DNA of 64,000 nucleotides from Terriglobia bacterium (GCA_965198025.1 OZ240237.1:1237054-1301053); one strand, 5' to 3'; shown: positions 9,885 through 18,582, counted from the stretch's first letter. Notes: generated by a model not told the origin, from the letters alone. A program made the numbers and translations.

Positions 9885-11156
9885 TCACCGTTTCTCCTGG
9901 CCGGTTGACTCCGGGACGGCTGTCGGTTCCAGCTTCGCCCACGCCAGCGTCGCCGCAATCAAGAACAAATAGGGCATCATGACTTCGGAGTCACCAAGGT
10001 TGTACTCAAACAGACCGGAAACCATCAGGCCAATACTGATGGCGACAATCGCCTGACCGAGAGCTCGGGCCTCGGAAGTTCGACTCCGAGCCAGGCGCAG
10101 GCTTTCACGAAACACTTCAAAGAGCACCCATAACCAAAACAATAGACTCGGGACGCCTCTTTCCGCCGCGAGCTGCAAATAGTTATTGTGCAAATGCCCA
10201 TACCAGGCGTCCGGCAGAGGCAGTGCACCGGGCTTGTAGCGCAGGAATTCCGTATCAACTCGTTCGGGCCCAACACCCAGCAACGGGTTGGCGGCGACCA
10301 TGTTGAGCCCTGTCCGGAGCATGACCAATCTGCTCCGGTTGGAAGAATCCGTGCTGGTGTTTAGCATGGAGAGACTCCGTTGCTGCAACCAGCTTGGGGA
10401 AAGGAAGTACAGCAACAGTATCACCGCCGGCAGCAGCCAAAGAATGCGTGGCTGGAACCGGGCCAGCAGATAGACCATGCCCGCGAATGCCCCAAGCCAA
10501 ATGCCGCGCGTAAAGGCCCCCAGGATTCCGAGCGAAGCCAGTCCTGCCGCAATCCAGGCCGCCCAACGCAGCCGCGGAGCAAGCTTTCCAAAGAGCGCTC
10601 CCGAAACGGCCAGGAGCAGCACCATCAGCAATTGGGCGGCGAACGTCAGCCAGTGCCCCATGAAGCCCGTGATCTGGTGCAGGATATAGTTCTCATAAAA
10701 CGGTCGACCCTCCCCGGTGATGCGCCAGTACGATTGCACGAACTGCAGCAGACCATAGGTCGCAGCTATGGCGCCCCCCAGGACAACGCCCTGTACGGTC
10801 TTCCAAACTTGGCGTGGCTCCGTGTAGGCGTTGTAGGCGACGACCAGTGCCAGAAAGACGAAGAGTTTTCGTAACTGCGGAAGGCTCTCCCAAACATCAG
10901 GCGAGAAGACGAGGGACAAAAGGCTCCAACCCCAGAAGGCGAGCAGTGCGATCCCAAGACGGGTCGGGAAGCGGACGGGCCTCCGCGAAAAGAGCAGCGC
11001 CAACAGGGCCGCGCCCAGAAAAATCTGCGCCACGGCGATGGAGAAGAGAATGGCACAGGCCGCCACGGAAGCCAGGACAGCCGTGGCCGTCTCCAGTCTG
11101 TCGGCCAGCCAGCCGGAATTGGGCATCCGCTCGGAAATGGTGGTGGACAACGGCAA
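9885..11156 (-). CDS. O-antigen ligase-like (Wzy_C family) polytopic membrane protein
   Basis: 423 aa with about 10 hydrophobic helices and a central loop and periplasmic segment typical of O-antigen ligase/polymerase-like proteins. No catalytic motif was verified. Confidence 0.55.
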   Translation of the reverse strand: MPLSTTISERMPNSGWLADRLETATAVLASVAACAILFSIAVAQIFLGAALLALLFSRRPVRFPTRLGIALLAFWGWSLLSLVFSPDVWESLPQLRKLFVFLALVVAYNAYTEPRQVWKTVQGVVLGGAIAATYGLLQFVQSYWRITGEGRPFYENYILHQITGFMGHWLTFAAQLLMVLLLAVSGALFGKLAPRLRWAAWIAAGLASLGILGAFTRGIWLGAFAGMVYLLARFQPRILWLLPAVILLLYFLSPSWLQQRSLSMLNTSTDSSNRSRLVMLRTGLNMVAANPLLGVGPERVDTEFLRYKPGALPLPDAWYGHLHNNYLQLAAERGVPSLLFWLWVLFEVFRESLRLARSRTSEARALGQAIVAISIGLMVSGLFEYNLGDSEVMMPYLFLIAATLAWAKLEPTAVPESTGQEKR

Positions 11157-11452
11157 ACCTTCTTTGCTGGTGCCGCCCGATTGGGCTTTCAGACGATAGC
11201 CTAATGGATGCGATAACGGGATTCAAGCCGGATATGCTATACTGAGAAAACAATATGCGGAGTGACACGAAGTTTCGAGTTCCTTCCGGCTTTACCTGAG
11301 TCTAGGGCAGAACGTCAGTCTGCCGTTCCGTAGCGATTCCCTGTAAGTCAATCTTGTTGATCGGTTGCCATTTGTGTGACGGGAAAGTGCCAGCTGCTAT
11401 TGCACCAGGATTTCACCTATTCCGGGTTTACCTGAGTCCCGTGCTTAACGGT

Positions 11453-11587
11453 CGGGAGCAGCGTGTGGTTGTAGACGGCGATGTGGTAACCTCCGCCGGT
11501 GGATTGACCGGCTATGAAGGCTCGCTCTGCGTGGTGGGCCAATTGTTCGGCCAAGCCGAGGCAGACAAGATCGGCCTTGGTGTTTGG
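11453..11587 (+). pseudogene. Relic of a DJ-1/PfpI (class I glutamine amidotransferase-like) C-terminus
   Basis: Only the segment REQRVVVDGDVVTSAGGLTGYEGSLCVVGQLFGQAEADKIGLGVW of ORF 11354..11764 resembles the C-terminal VVDGxxxTSxGxxxxxxFAL motif of DJ-1/PfpI proteins. No N-terminal catalytic part is present. Confidence 0.35.
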
Positions 11588-11781
11588 TCAGAGCAACAGG
11601 AATGCGGACGATTCGCCGTCAAGGCGCCTTTCCACTCGGATTCAAGTGAACACACTGCCGTAAGCACTCGAACCCGGCTGCCAACGGCGGGATTGACATT
11701 CATTGGTCAGGGTACAATGCAAAGTTCCATTGTGAGGCTGGGCGTGTGTCGCGGTAATTTGTAGATAGGGAGTAGGAGGCA

Positions 11782-12930
11782 ATGAATAATCTGTGGAAAT
11801 TGGATGATGCGGGCTCGCAGCTATTGGTAGCGGTGGACAAGATCTCGCGTGAGGTAATCGCTCCACTGGCGCCGGAGATTGACCAGGAAGGACGGTTTCC
11901 GAAAGAAAATGTGGAAGCCTTGCGCAAGGTCGGTTTGCTGGGTCTGCTAAGCGACCCGCAGGTAGGGGGACATGGCCAGGGACTTCGCACAGCCGTTGCC
12001 GAGACCGAGCGCATTGCGCGCGAATGTCCTTCCACGGCCATGATCACTATCATGCACAACTGCGCCACCAAGGTAATCGAGACCTTTGGGTCTGAGGCCC
12101 TGCGCCGCTCAATCGCTGGGGAAGGCAAGCTGGCAACCCTGGCGTTCTCGGAATCCGGTTCCCGGAGCCACTTCTGGCTGCCCGTCAGCACGGCTTCGGC
12201 CAGCTCGGAAGGAGTGCGCTTGAACGCCGCAAAGCAGTTGATCACTTCGGCAGGAAACTGCGATTGGTATGTATGGTCTAGCAAACCCGCGGCGGCCGAG
12301 GGCCTGAGCAGCCTGTGGGCCGTGCCGGGCAACGCAGTTGGTCTATCGATTGCGCAGCGGTACGACGGGCTCGGGCTGCGTGGTAACAGCTCCGCTCCGA
12401 TCGTTGCCAATGATGTCTTGATCCCAGAAGCGAACCGGCTGGGAGAGGATGGAAAAGGCTTTGACGCCATGATTGGCGTAGTCCTGCCCTTTTTCAATTT
12501 GCAATCTTGCGCGGTTTCCGTGGGAATCATGGAGGGTGGATTCGCGCGTGCCGTCCGGCATATCACCAACTCCCAATACGCGTACGATGGCAAGAAGATC
12601 GCAGAAATTCCGCAGGTGCGTGGACACATCGCCAAGGGCAGAGTGAAGATCGATATGACGCGGGGGTTCCTGCTGGAGGCTCTCGATGCCGTCGAGCACA
12701 GCCGGGAAGACGCCGTACTGCGCGTACTGGAGTCAAAGGTTGCTGGAGCGGAAACCGCGCTCGAGGTTCTGGATCTCTTGATGCGGGTGTGCGGCGGAGC
12801 GGCCTTCCGCAAGGATGTGGACTTGGAGCGATATTTCCGCGACAGCCGAGCCTCGGTGGTGATGGCGCCCGTCACCGATGCCTTGTACGATTTTATCGGC
12901 AAAGCCGCCTGCGGCATGCCGCTGTTCTAG
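11782..12930 (+). CDS. Acyl-CoA dehydrogenase family protein
   Basis: 382-aa ORF with the three-domain acyl-CoA dehydrogenase layout (N-terminal helices, middle beta domain, C-terminal helices ending ...RDSRASVVMAPVTDALYDFIGK). Confidence 0.8.
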   Translation: MNNLWKLDDAGSQLLVAVDKISREVIAPLAPEIDQEGRFPKENVEALRKVGLLGLLSDPQVGGHGQGLRTAVAETERIARECPSTAMITIMHNCATKVIETFGSEALRRSIAGEGKLATLAFSESGSRSHFWLPVSTASASSEGVRLNAAKQLITSAGNCDWYVWSSKPAAAEGLSSLWAVPGNAVGLSIAQRYDGLGLRGNSSAPIVANDVLIPEANRLGEDGKGFDAMIGVVLPFFNLQSCAVSVGIMEGGFARAVRHITNSQYAYDGKKIAEIPQVRGHIAKGRVKIDMTRGFLLEALDAVEHSREDAVLRVLESKVAGAETALEVLDLLMRVCGGAAFRKDVDLERYFRDSRASVVMAPVTDALYDFIGKAACGMPLF

Positions 12931-13049
12931 TGGACGACCGCATCGCGCCGTTCTTCCAGTGGGATCGTTTCAGCCTCCTTCGCGTTGGCGGGCTCCAAGG
13001 CAAGGGCGATCAATTCATCCAAGGTTCGGACATAGTGCAGGACAAGTCC

Positions 13050-13880
13050 TCAAGGCACGGTGGGGTAACAGCCCAGTACACGCAGGAAGTCGGTTGTTTC
13101 TGATAGATGTTTCAAGGCGTTACGGGCCGGGCCGGAGGCCGGGTTGCCTTGGAAATCAAGATAAAACAGGTATTCCCAAGGGCGGCCCCGCAGAGGGCGA
13201 GACTCGATCTTGGTCAGGTTCAGGTCTCGCAACGCGAAAACGCTCAGGCAACGGAAGAGAGCCCCTGGCAAGTTCTTGGCAGCAAAGACTATGGAAGTCT
13301 TGTTGCCAGCGGGGCGCTTGGCGCGGGTGCGTTTGCCAAGGAGGAAGAAACGGGTGTAGTTTTCCGCGTCGTCGCCAATGTCGGCGGCCAGAATGCGGCC
13401 TCCGTAAATCTTTGCAGCAGCCTTACTTGCGATGGCAGCGGCGTCGGTGAAGCCCCGTTCCAGGATCATACGGACGCTGCCGGCGGTGTCGTGATAGGGG
13501 ACCTCCTCCCACCTGCGGTGCCGTTCGAGGAAGCGACGGCACTGGCCGAGAGCCGGCGGCTGAGAATAAACCTTGTGAACGTGCCGGAGCGAGACACCGG
13601 GCGGAGCGATCAGGTTGTGGATAATTCGGATACGGGTTTCCGCGAGAATCTGAAAGCGGTGCTTTAACAAGAGGTCGTAGTTTTCATGGATAGACCCAAA
13701 TAGCGTGTTTTCAATGGGAACCGTGGCGTAGTCGAGCTTTCGTGCGGCAAGCGCGCGGAAAAGCGCCGAGAAGTTCGGCAGGGGGACGAGTTCCACCAGG
13801 CCGGAGGCCATCTTGGCCGCGGCGACCTCGCCGAACGCTCCTCGCTCACCTTGAAATCCTACCCGCATTCGTTTCGGCAA
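13050..13880 (-). CDS. pheA: Prephenate dehydratase
   Basis: PDT domain (VGFQGERGAFGE, ENTLFGSIHEN, TRFFLLG) followed by an ACT domain with the ESRPLRGRPWEYLFYLDF motif. Confidence 0.9.
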   Translation of the reverse strand: MPKRMRVGFQGERGAFGEVAAAKMASGLVELVPLPNFSALFRALAARKLDYATVPIENTLFGSIHENYDLLLKHRFQILAETRIRIIHNLIAPPGVSLRHVHKVYSQPPALGQCRRFLERHRRWEEVPYHDTAGSVRMILERGFTDAAAIASKAAAKIYGGRILAADIGDDAENYTRFFLLGKRTRAKRPAGNKTSIVFAAKNLPGALFRCLSVFALRDLNLTKIESRPLRGRPWEYLFYLDFQGNPASGPARNALKHLSETTDFLRVLGCYPTVP

Positions 13881-14021
13881 ATTCGGTTCCTTCGGTTCTC
13901 TCGGTTCCTTCGACAGGCCAAAAAGCGCGCGCGATTGGCCAAAAAGCGCGAGAAAGCCCTCAGCGCATTATGCTGGGTTGGGTGGTGAATTGGCAAGGAC
14001 GAGGGCCGCGCAGAACCTATA

Positions 14022-14498
14022 ATGAAAGCAGAGGGCAAAGGAGTGGCGTACCCCGAAACTCCAATGAGGGTTGCGACAGAGCCGACGGAACCCCGCGGCT
14101 GGTTGTTGTACGACGAGGAGTGCGGGGTATGCCACCAAGTGGTTCCGCAGTTTGAGAAGACTTTGAGAAAACGGGGATTCGCAATTGCGCCGCTGCAGAG
14201 CGAGTGGGTGCAGAAGCGTCTCGATCTTGCGCAGAACGAGATGGTTTCCATCCGGCTGCTGCTGCGGGACGGGCGGCAAATTGTCGGTGCGGACGTCTAC
14301 CGCTACGTGATGAAGCGCGTGTGGTGGTCCTACCCGGTCTATCTGCTTTCCGTTTTGCCGCTGCTGCGGCAAGTGTTCGACCGGGCTTACCAAACGTTCG
14401 CGCACAACCGGTATTGGGTATCGAAGGCGTGCGGACTGCCGGGGGCGGGGGAGGAAGAATCAGTGGCTTCCGGACGAAGGGAACCAGGGACTCAATAG
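14022..14498 (+). CDS. DCC-family thiol-disulfide oxidoreductase (DUF393)
   Basis: N-terminal LLYDEECGVCHQVV (DxxCxxC) motif and ~150-aa size typical of the DCC1-like family. Confidence 0.65.
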   Translation: MKAEGKGVAYPETPMRVATEPTEPRGWLLYDEECGVCHQVVPQFEKTLRKRGFAIAPLQSEWVQKRLDLAQNEMVSIRLLLRDGRQIVGADVYRYVMKRVWWSYPVYLLSVLPLLRQVFDRAYQTFAHNRYWVSKACGLPGAGEEESVASGRREPGTQ

Positions 14499-14839
14499 GA
14501 CCCTCCCCGACAAGAAGTGCTATTCGGCGCGATGCCATGAGGGACCGTAGGCCATCAACTCTTCGGTGAATGTTGCACGGGTCACGCGGGAGTTTGAAAT
14601 TATCCCGGCGCGCCTCTTTCCTGGAATGAAATTCGTCATCGAGACATCCGCTCGCGCAATTGAACAACCTCGGCGCGGATTTCCTGCGAAGAGACTTCTA
14701 TAACTCTCTTCTCGCCGCTTTTGAGCTCAGCGAGATCGAAGCACAAATCACCGGGGCCAGTTTCGGCCGGTGGTTGTCCGAATCAACGATCAGGAGTGGT
14801 AGAGGTTGTCGGCACTGGAGTCTGGTTTGACGTGGCAGA

Positions 14840-17647
14840 TCACGGCGCGAACTCATCCAGTTCCCCCGGAGGCAAGGAGGAGAATACGGGATCGGCTTCG
14901 GCATTGATCGACAGAGTGACGATAGGTTCCGTGGAGGTGATTTCGAGCGATCCGGTAAAGCTGGTGAGATCAAACAGGCCCACCATATTTTTCGCATCAT
15001 GCCCGTTGGACAACAGTGTCTTATCGACGCTGGCCACCGTCTCCCCATCCACGTCCCTGGCCGTAAAGGTGACGAGGGCCGCTGTGTCGGAAGGGTTGGC
15101 ATAGGCCACTCCGGTCCCCGGCTTATCTTCTCCCTGTTCGGCAAAGGTGACGAACCGGGTGGCCGGAACGGTCGTTGCGTTGACTCCGGCTTCTCCGGTG
15201 GGCACCCCTCCCTCAAACTGGCGATACAGTAGGCTGGCCTTCACCGGCCCGGAGCAGGCGGCCCGCGCCCAGCCGGCCGCCAGCGGAGCGTTCAACTCCA
15301 CGTTGGTCTCCTGGTGAACCGACCCCCCGGGCGGCAGAACGTCGGGCCGGCTGACCACCGTTCCCCGATCCGCAAACGAAACCATCAGCGGACTGCCGTG
15401 ATCGGAAAGGAACTCGGTCTGGCAGCTCACCGGCTGCGAGGAGTAGTTGATGTAGGTGATAGTGGTTTGCCAACTCTTTCCCACGGCAAGATGGGGGAAG
15501 TAATACGTCGTCATTTGCTGCGGGCCCTGCGCGGCGGCATCCAGTTCCCCTGGAGGCAAGGAGGAAAATACGGGAGCGGCTTCGGCATTGATCGACAGAG
15601 TGACGATGGGTTCCGTGGAGGTGACTTCGAGCGAGCCGGTGAAGCTGGTGAGACCAAACAGGGGCTGCATATTTTGCGCGCCATGCCCGTTGGGCGACAA
15701 CATCAGATCGTCGCTAGCCAGCACCTCCCCATCCGCGTCCCGGACCGTAAAGGTGATGAAGGCCGTTGTTGTGTCGGAGGGGTTGGCATAGGCCACTCCG
15801 GTCCCCAGCTGACCTTCTCCCTGTTCGGCAAAGGTGACGAAGCGGGTGGCCGGAACGGTCGTTGCATTGACTCCGGCTTCTCCGGTGGGCACCCCTCCCT
15901 CAAACCGGCGATATAAGAGGCTGGCCTTCACCGGCCCGGAGCAGGCGGCCCGCGCCCAGCCGGCCGCCAGCGGAGCGCTCAACGCCACGTCAGTCTCCTG
16001 GTGAACCGAACCCCCTGGTTGCAGAACGTCGGTCCGGTTGGGTGCCGGTTCCCGATCCGCAAACGAGACCAGCAGCGGCGTTCCCTGATCGGAAAGGAAC
16101 TCGGTTTGGCAGCTCACCTCCTCGGAGGAGTAGTTGATATAGGTGATAGTGGTTTGCCAACCCGCTCCCACGGCAAGATGAGGGAAGTAATAGATCAGAT
16201 CTTCCATCGGGGGCGCCGGCGGGGGTTCGGCCTCCGGATCCACCGTGACCGTCACCGTGTCTGAATCGAAGCGACCGCTGGGATCGGTGACCAGCAGACG
16301 GAAGCGCAGCACCGCATCCGCCGTCAGCCCCTCTGGAGCCGTGAAGGTGGGATTGGGCACGTTCCGGGACGACAGCACCACGCTCTCGCCGCTGTATTGA
16401 TTCCAGCGATATCGCAGCGGATCGTCGTCCGGATCGCTGCTGCCGCTGCCGTCCAGGGTCACCAGGGCTCCTTCCCACACGCCGGTCTGGTCCGGGCCGG
16501 CATCCGCCGTCGGTGAATTGCTCGCCGGAGGTGGAGGAGGTGGCGGTGGAGGAGGAGGGGACGGTCGTGGAGGTGGCGGGGCGGTGCAGACGGCCCCCTG
16601 AAAATTGATCGTTGCCAGCCACGCCTGAAATGCAGTATCCACCGGCGCACACAACGTGGTCTCCCGTATATCCAACTCCGAGAGTTGTGACAGCGCCGAC
16701 AGGGTTAGCGGAAGAGGCCCGCTCAACATATTCTCGTTGAGATACAGAAACTCGAGGTTGGCCAAGTTCCCCAGTTCCGCCGGGATTTCCCCGCTCAACT
16801 CATTCCGGTTGAGATACAGATCCAGGAGGTTGGTCAAGTTCCCCAGCCTCGCCGGGATCTTCCCGCTCAATTTATTGCTGTCGAGATACAGCAACTGGAG
16901 GTTGGTCAAGTTCCCCAGCTCCGCCGGGATCTCCCCGCTCAACGTATTCTGTAAGAGATCCAGCCCCTCAAGATTGGTCAAGTTCCCCAGCTCTGCCGGG
17001 ATCTCCCCGCTCAACGTATTCGCGGAGAGAGACAGGGTCTGGAGGTTGGTCAAGCGCCCCAGCTCGGCCGGGATCTCCCCGCTCAACGTGTTTATGGAGA
17101 AAGACAGCACCTGGAGGTTCGTCAAGTTCTCCAGCTCCGCCGGGATTTCCCCGCTCAACCCATTCGCGACGAGACGCAGAGCCGTGACGCGGCCGTCCTC
17201 GTCCGTTTCGACCCTGTGCCATTCCGAGAGGGCCTCGTTGCTCAACCAGTTCGTGTTGTTCGTCCAGTCCGCTCCGCCGGTCGCGTTGTAGAGCGCCACC
17301 AGCGCCGCCCGGTCCGCCGTGACGTTGATGGTCACGTTGATGCTGTCCGCGCCGCCGTTGCCGTCGGAGACCGAAACCGTTACCGCATAGCTGGATTGCG
17401 TCTCGTAGTTGAGCGGGGCGCTGGTCTGGAGCTGGCCGCTGGCCGAGACGATGCCGAAGGCGGCAGCGTCCGTCCCGCCCAGGGTGTAGGTCAGCGTGTC
17501 GCTCGTGTCCGCATCCGCCGCCGTGACGGGGGCACCGATGTTCTGGCCCGATGCCGTGTTCTCGGCAACGCTGCGCGTCGTGCTGGTTCCCTCGGTGAAG
17601 ACCGGCGCGGAGTTGGGCTCGTCCACATTCGTGACGTTGATAGTCAC
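14840..17647 (-). CDS. Surface protein A, downstream ORF piece: cadherin-like repeat, LRRNT + plant-type LRRs, poly-Pro linker, PKD-like domain, two copies of an uncharacterised ~220-aa domain
   Basis: 935-aa ORF. Its reading frame stays open upstream of the listed GTG and continues the cadherin repeat of ORF 16968..18581 after a 1-nt frame change near 17735. Motifs: VDEPNSAPVFTEG, NxLSGEIPAELGNLTNL x7, PPPPRPSPPPPPPPPPPP, DAGPDQ...LDGSGSSDPDDDPL, YYFPHLAVG... Confidence 0.85.
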   Translation of the reverse strand: MTINVTNVDEPNSAPVFTEGTSTTRSVAENTASGQNIGAPVTAADADTSDTLTYTLGGTDAAAFGIVSASGQLQTSAPLNYETQSSYAVTVSVSDGNGGADSINVTINVTADRAALVALYNATGGADWTNNTNWLSNEALSEWHRVETDEDGRVTALRLVANGLSGEIPAELENLTNLQVLSFSINTLSGEIPAELGRLTNLQTLSLSANTLSGEIPAELGNLTNLEGLDLLQNTLSGEIPAELGNLTNLQLLYLDSNKLSGKIPARLGNLTNLLDLYLNRNELSGEIPAELGNLANLEFLYLNENMLSGPLPLTLSALSQLSELDIRETTLCAPVDTAFQAWLATINFQGAVCTAPPPPRPSPPPPPPPPPPPASNSPTADAGPDQTGVWEGALVTLDGSGSSDPDDDPLRYRWNQYSGESVVLSSRNVPNPTFTAPEGLTADAVLRFRLLVTDPSGRFDSDTVTVTVDPEAEPPPAPPMEDLIYYFPHLAVGAGWQTTITYINYSSEEVSCQTEFLSDQGTPLLVSFADREPAPNRTDVLQPGGSVHQETDVALSAPLAAGWARAACSGPVKASLLYRRFEGGVPTGEAGVNATTVPATRFVTFAEQGEGQLGTGVAYANPSDTTTAFITFTVRDADGEVLASDDLMLSPNGHGAQNMQPLFGLTSFTGSLEVTSTEPIVTLSINAEAAPVFSSLPPGELDAAAQGPQQMTTYYFPHLAVGKSWQTTITYINYSSQPVSCQTEFLSDHGSPLMVSFADRGTVVSRPDVLPPGGSVHQETNVELNAPLAAGWARAACSGPVKASLLYRQFEGGVPTGEAGVNATTVPATRFVTFAEQGEDKPGTGVAYANPSDTAALVTFTARDVDGETVASVDKTLLSNGHDAKNMVGLFDLTSFTGSLEITSTEPIVTLSINAEADPVFSSLPPGELDEFAP
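14843..16207. repeat. Tail cassette of protein A: two tandem copies (about 14843-15514 and 15515-16207) of the ~220-aa YYFPHLAVG/WQTTITYINYS domain; near-identical to 18824-20180
   Basis: Direct reading shows long stretches (roughly 15100-15660 versus 19070-19635) that differ at only a few bases. The linker AAAQGPQQMTTYYFPHLAVGKSWQTTITYINYSS is shared. Confidence 0.9.
16650..17200. repeat. Tandem 72-bp (24-codon) leucine-rich-repeat units inside protein A
   Basis: Seven to eight consecutive units read LTNLxxLxLxxNxLSGEIPAELGN. The antisense ORF 16656..17291 shows the same periodicity (LVKFPSSAGISPLN). Confidence 0.9.
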
Positions 17648-18581
17648 GTTGATGCTGTCCGCGCCGCCGTTGCCGTCGGAGACCGAAATCGTTATTGCAT
17701 AGCTGGATTGCGTCTCGTAGTTGAGCGCGGCAGCTGGTCAGGATCTGGCCGGTCGATTTATTGACCGCGAACGAAATCGCGTCTAGCCCGCCCCCCCAGG
17801 TGTAGCTCAGCGTGTCGCTCGTGTCCGCATCCGTCGCCGTGACGGGGGCGCCGATGTTCTGGCCCGATGCCGTGTTCTCGGCGACGCTGCGCGTCGTGCT
17901 GGTTCCCTCGGTGAAGACCGGCGCATTGTTCGTGGTACTACCAATCGCGGTGCCGTTGACGCGGAATTTAAACGGATCGGTCCACGAGCCCCAAGTATCG
18001 CCGTCGTAAGGCCTATCGTAGGATTCGTCGGCAATGCTCCATCCCGAGGCCGTGGAATCCTCAGAGTCCGAAGCCGTGCCTTCCCATTGCACGCTACCAC
18101 CGCCGGTACTGTCCACCACAACCCAGTAGGTTGTATTGGCCGCCAACTCGATTCCGGAGGTCGTGAACTCGTTGACCCCCGGGGTGGTCAGGGAGGCGGG
18201 TTGCATTAGCGTCACCAAGGAACTGCCGGGCAGATTGGAGTTGCTGTTCGTCCATATTCCGACAGTGAAGTTGATGGTATGGTCCGCGCCCGACGACATG
18301 TCGAGCCCGACGCTAGTCACGGTATAGCCGGCACTGTTGTCGCCCGTGGTAAATGCTTGTGCCCCTTCGTGTGTGTTAAGGCCAAGACCACCCGAGCGCG
18401 TTTGGCCCACATTGCTGACGAGCGTCGTCTGCGCCTCCGCTGTGGGTGTGAACGGTGGCGCGAAGATGATGGCGGCGGCGAGGACGGGAATCAGCCAGCC
18501 GCCCGTTCGCCTGGAGGCGGACGGCGCGCTGCGGCGGGAGGGTCGGCTTAGCTCAGAGGTGGCTCTCATTATGAGAGCCAC
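16968..18581 (-). CDS. Surface protein A, upstream ORF piece (signal peptide, ~190-aa beta-rich N-terminal domain, first cadherin-like repeat)
   Basis: Only about 17736-18569 is protein-like: MRATSELSRPSRRS...AAAIIFAPPFTPTAEAQ signal, then NNAPVFTEGTSTTRSVAENTASGQNIGAPVTATDADTSDTLSY. Downstream of ~17735 the frame is Arg/Gly/Gln-rich out-of-frame read-through of the other piece. The likely true start is the ATG at 18569. Confidence 0.75.
   Translation of the reverse strand: MALIMRATSELSRPSRRSAPSASRRTGGWLIPVLAAAIIFAPPFTPTAEAQTTLVSNVGQTRSGGLGLNTHEGAQAFTTGDNSAGYTVTSVGLDMSSGADHTINFTVGIWTNSNSNLPGSSLVTLMQPASLTTPGVNEFTTSGIELAANTTYWVVVDSTGGGSVQWEGTASDSEDSTASGWSIADESYDRPYDGDTWGSWTDPFKFRVNGTAIGSTTNNAPVFTEGTSTTRSVAENTASGQNIGAPVTATDADTSDTLSYTWGGGLDAISFAVNKSTGQILTSCRAQLRDAIQLCNNDFGLRRQRRRGQHQRDYQRHECGRAQLRAGLHRGNQHDAQRCREHGIGPEHRCPRHGGGCGHERHADLHPGRDGRCRLRHRLGQRPAPDQRPAQLRDAIQLCGNGFGLRRQRRRGQHQRDHQRHGGPGGAGGALQRDRRSGLDEQHELVEQRGPLGMAQGRNGRGRPRHGSASRREWVERGNPGGAGELDEPPGAVFLHKHVERGDPGRAGALDQPPDPVSLREYVERGDPGRAGELDQS
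17318..17930. repeat. Two tandem ~315-bp cadherin-like repeat units, near-identical at DNA level
   Basis: APVFTEGTSTTRSVAENTASGQNIGAPVTA(A/T)DADTSDTL...LNYETQSSYA(V/I)T(V/I)SVSDGNGGADSINVTINVT occurs twice. Antisense ORFs 17496..17702 and 17812..18009 start with identical peptides. Confidence 0.85.
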
Positions 18582-18582
18582 C
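18558..18582 (-). promoter_or_regulatory. Perfect 25-nt palindrome (12-1-12) covering the start codon of surface protein A
   Basis: GGTGGCTCTCAT-T-ATGAGAGCCACC. On the mRNA strand the stem contains the uORF stop and the ATG of protein A (TAATG overlap). Confidence 0.6.

Noticed and set aside
11284-11438. 19-bp direct repeat TTCCGG(C/G)TTTACCTGAGTC at 11284-11302 and 11420-11438
   Set aside because: Only two short copies exist in a degenerate intergenic region. There is no associated ORF or inverted partner, and it cannot be distinguished from chance or a duplication scar.
11700-12917. 405-aa ORF antisense to the acyl-CoA dehydrogenase gene
   Set aside because: Ser/Arg/Ala/Pro-rich low-complexity translation, while the opposite strand carries a full-length recognisable enzyme. 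This is a shadow ORF.
13880-14021. Short direct repeats (GGCCAAAAAGCGCG twice at 13917-13930 and 13937-13950; CGGTTCCTTCGGTTCTCTCGGTTCCTTCG) in the pheA/DCC divergent intergenic region
   Set aside because: They could be operator half-sites, but there is no recognisable regulator motif or dyad symmetry. The evidence is too weak to call a regulatory site.
16650-17200. Regularly spaced ~72-bp repeats that look array-like at first glance (possible CRISPR or satellite)
   Set aside because: There is no repeat-spacer alternation. Every unit is in frame and encodes a 24-residue leucine-rich repeat within a long ORF.
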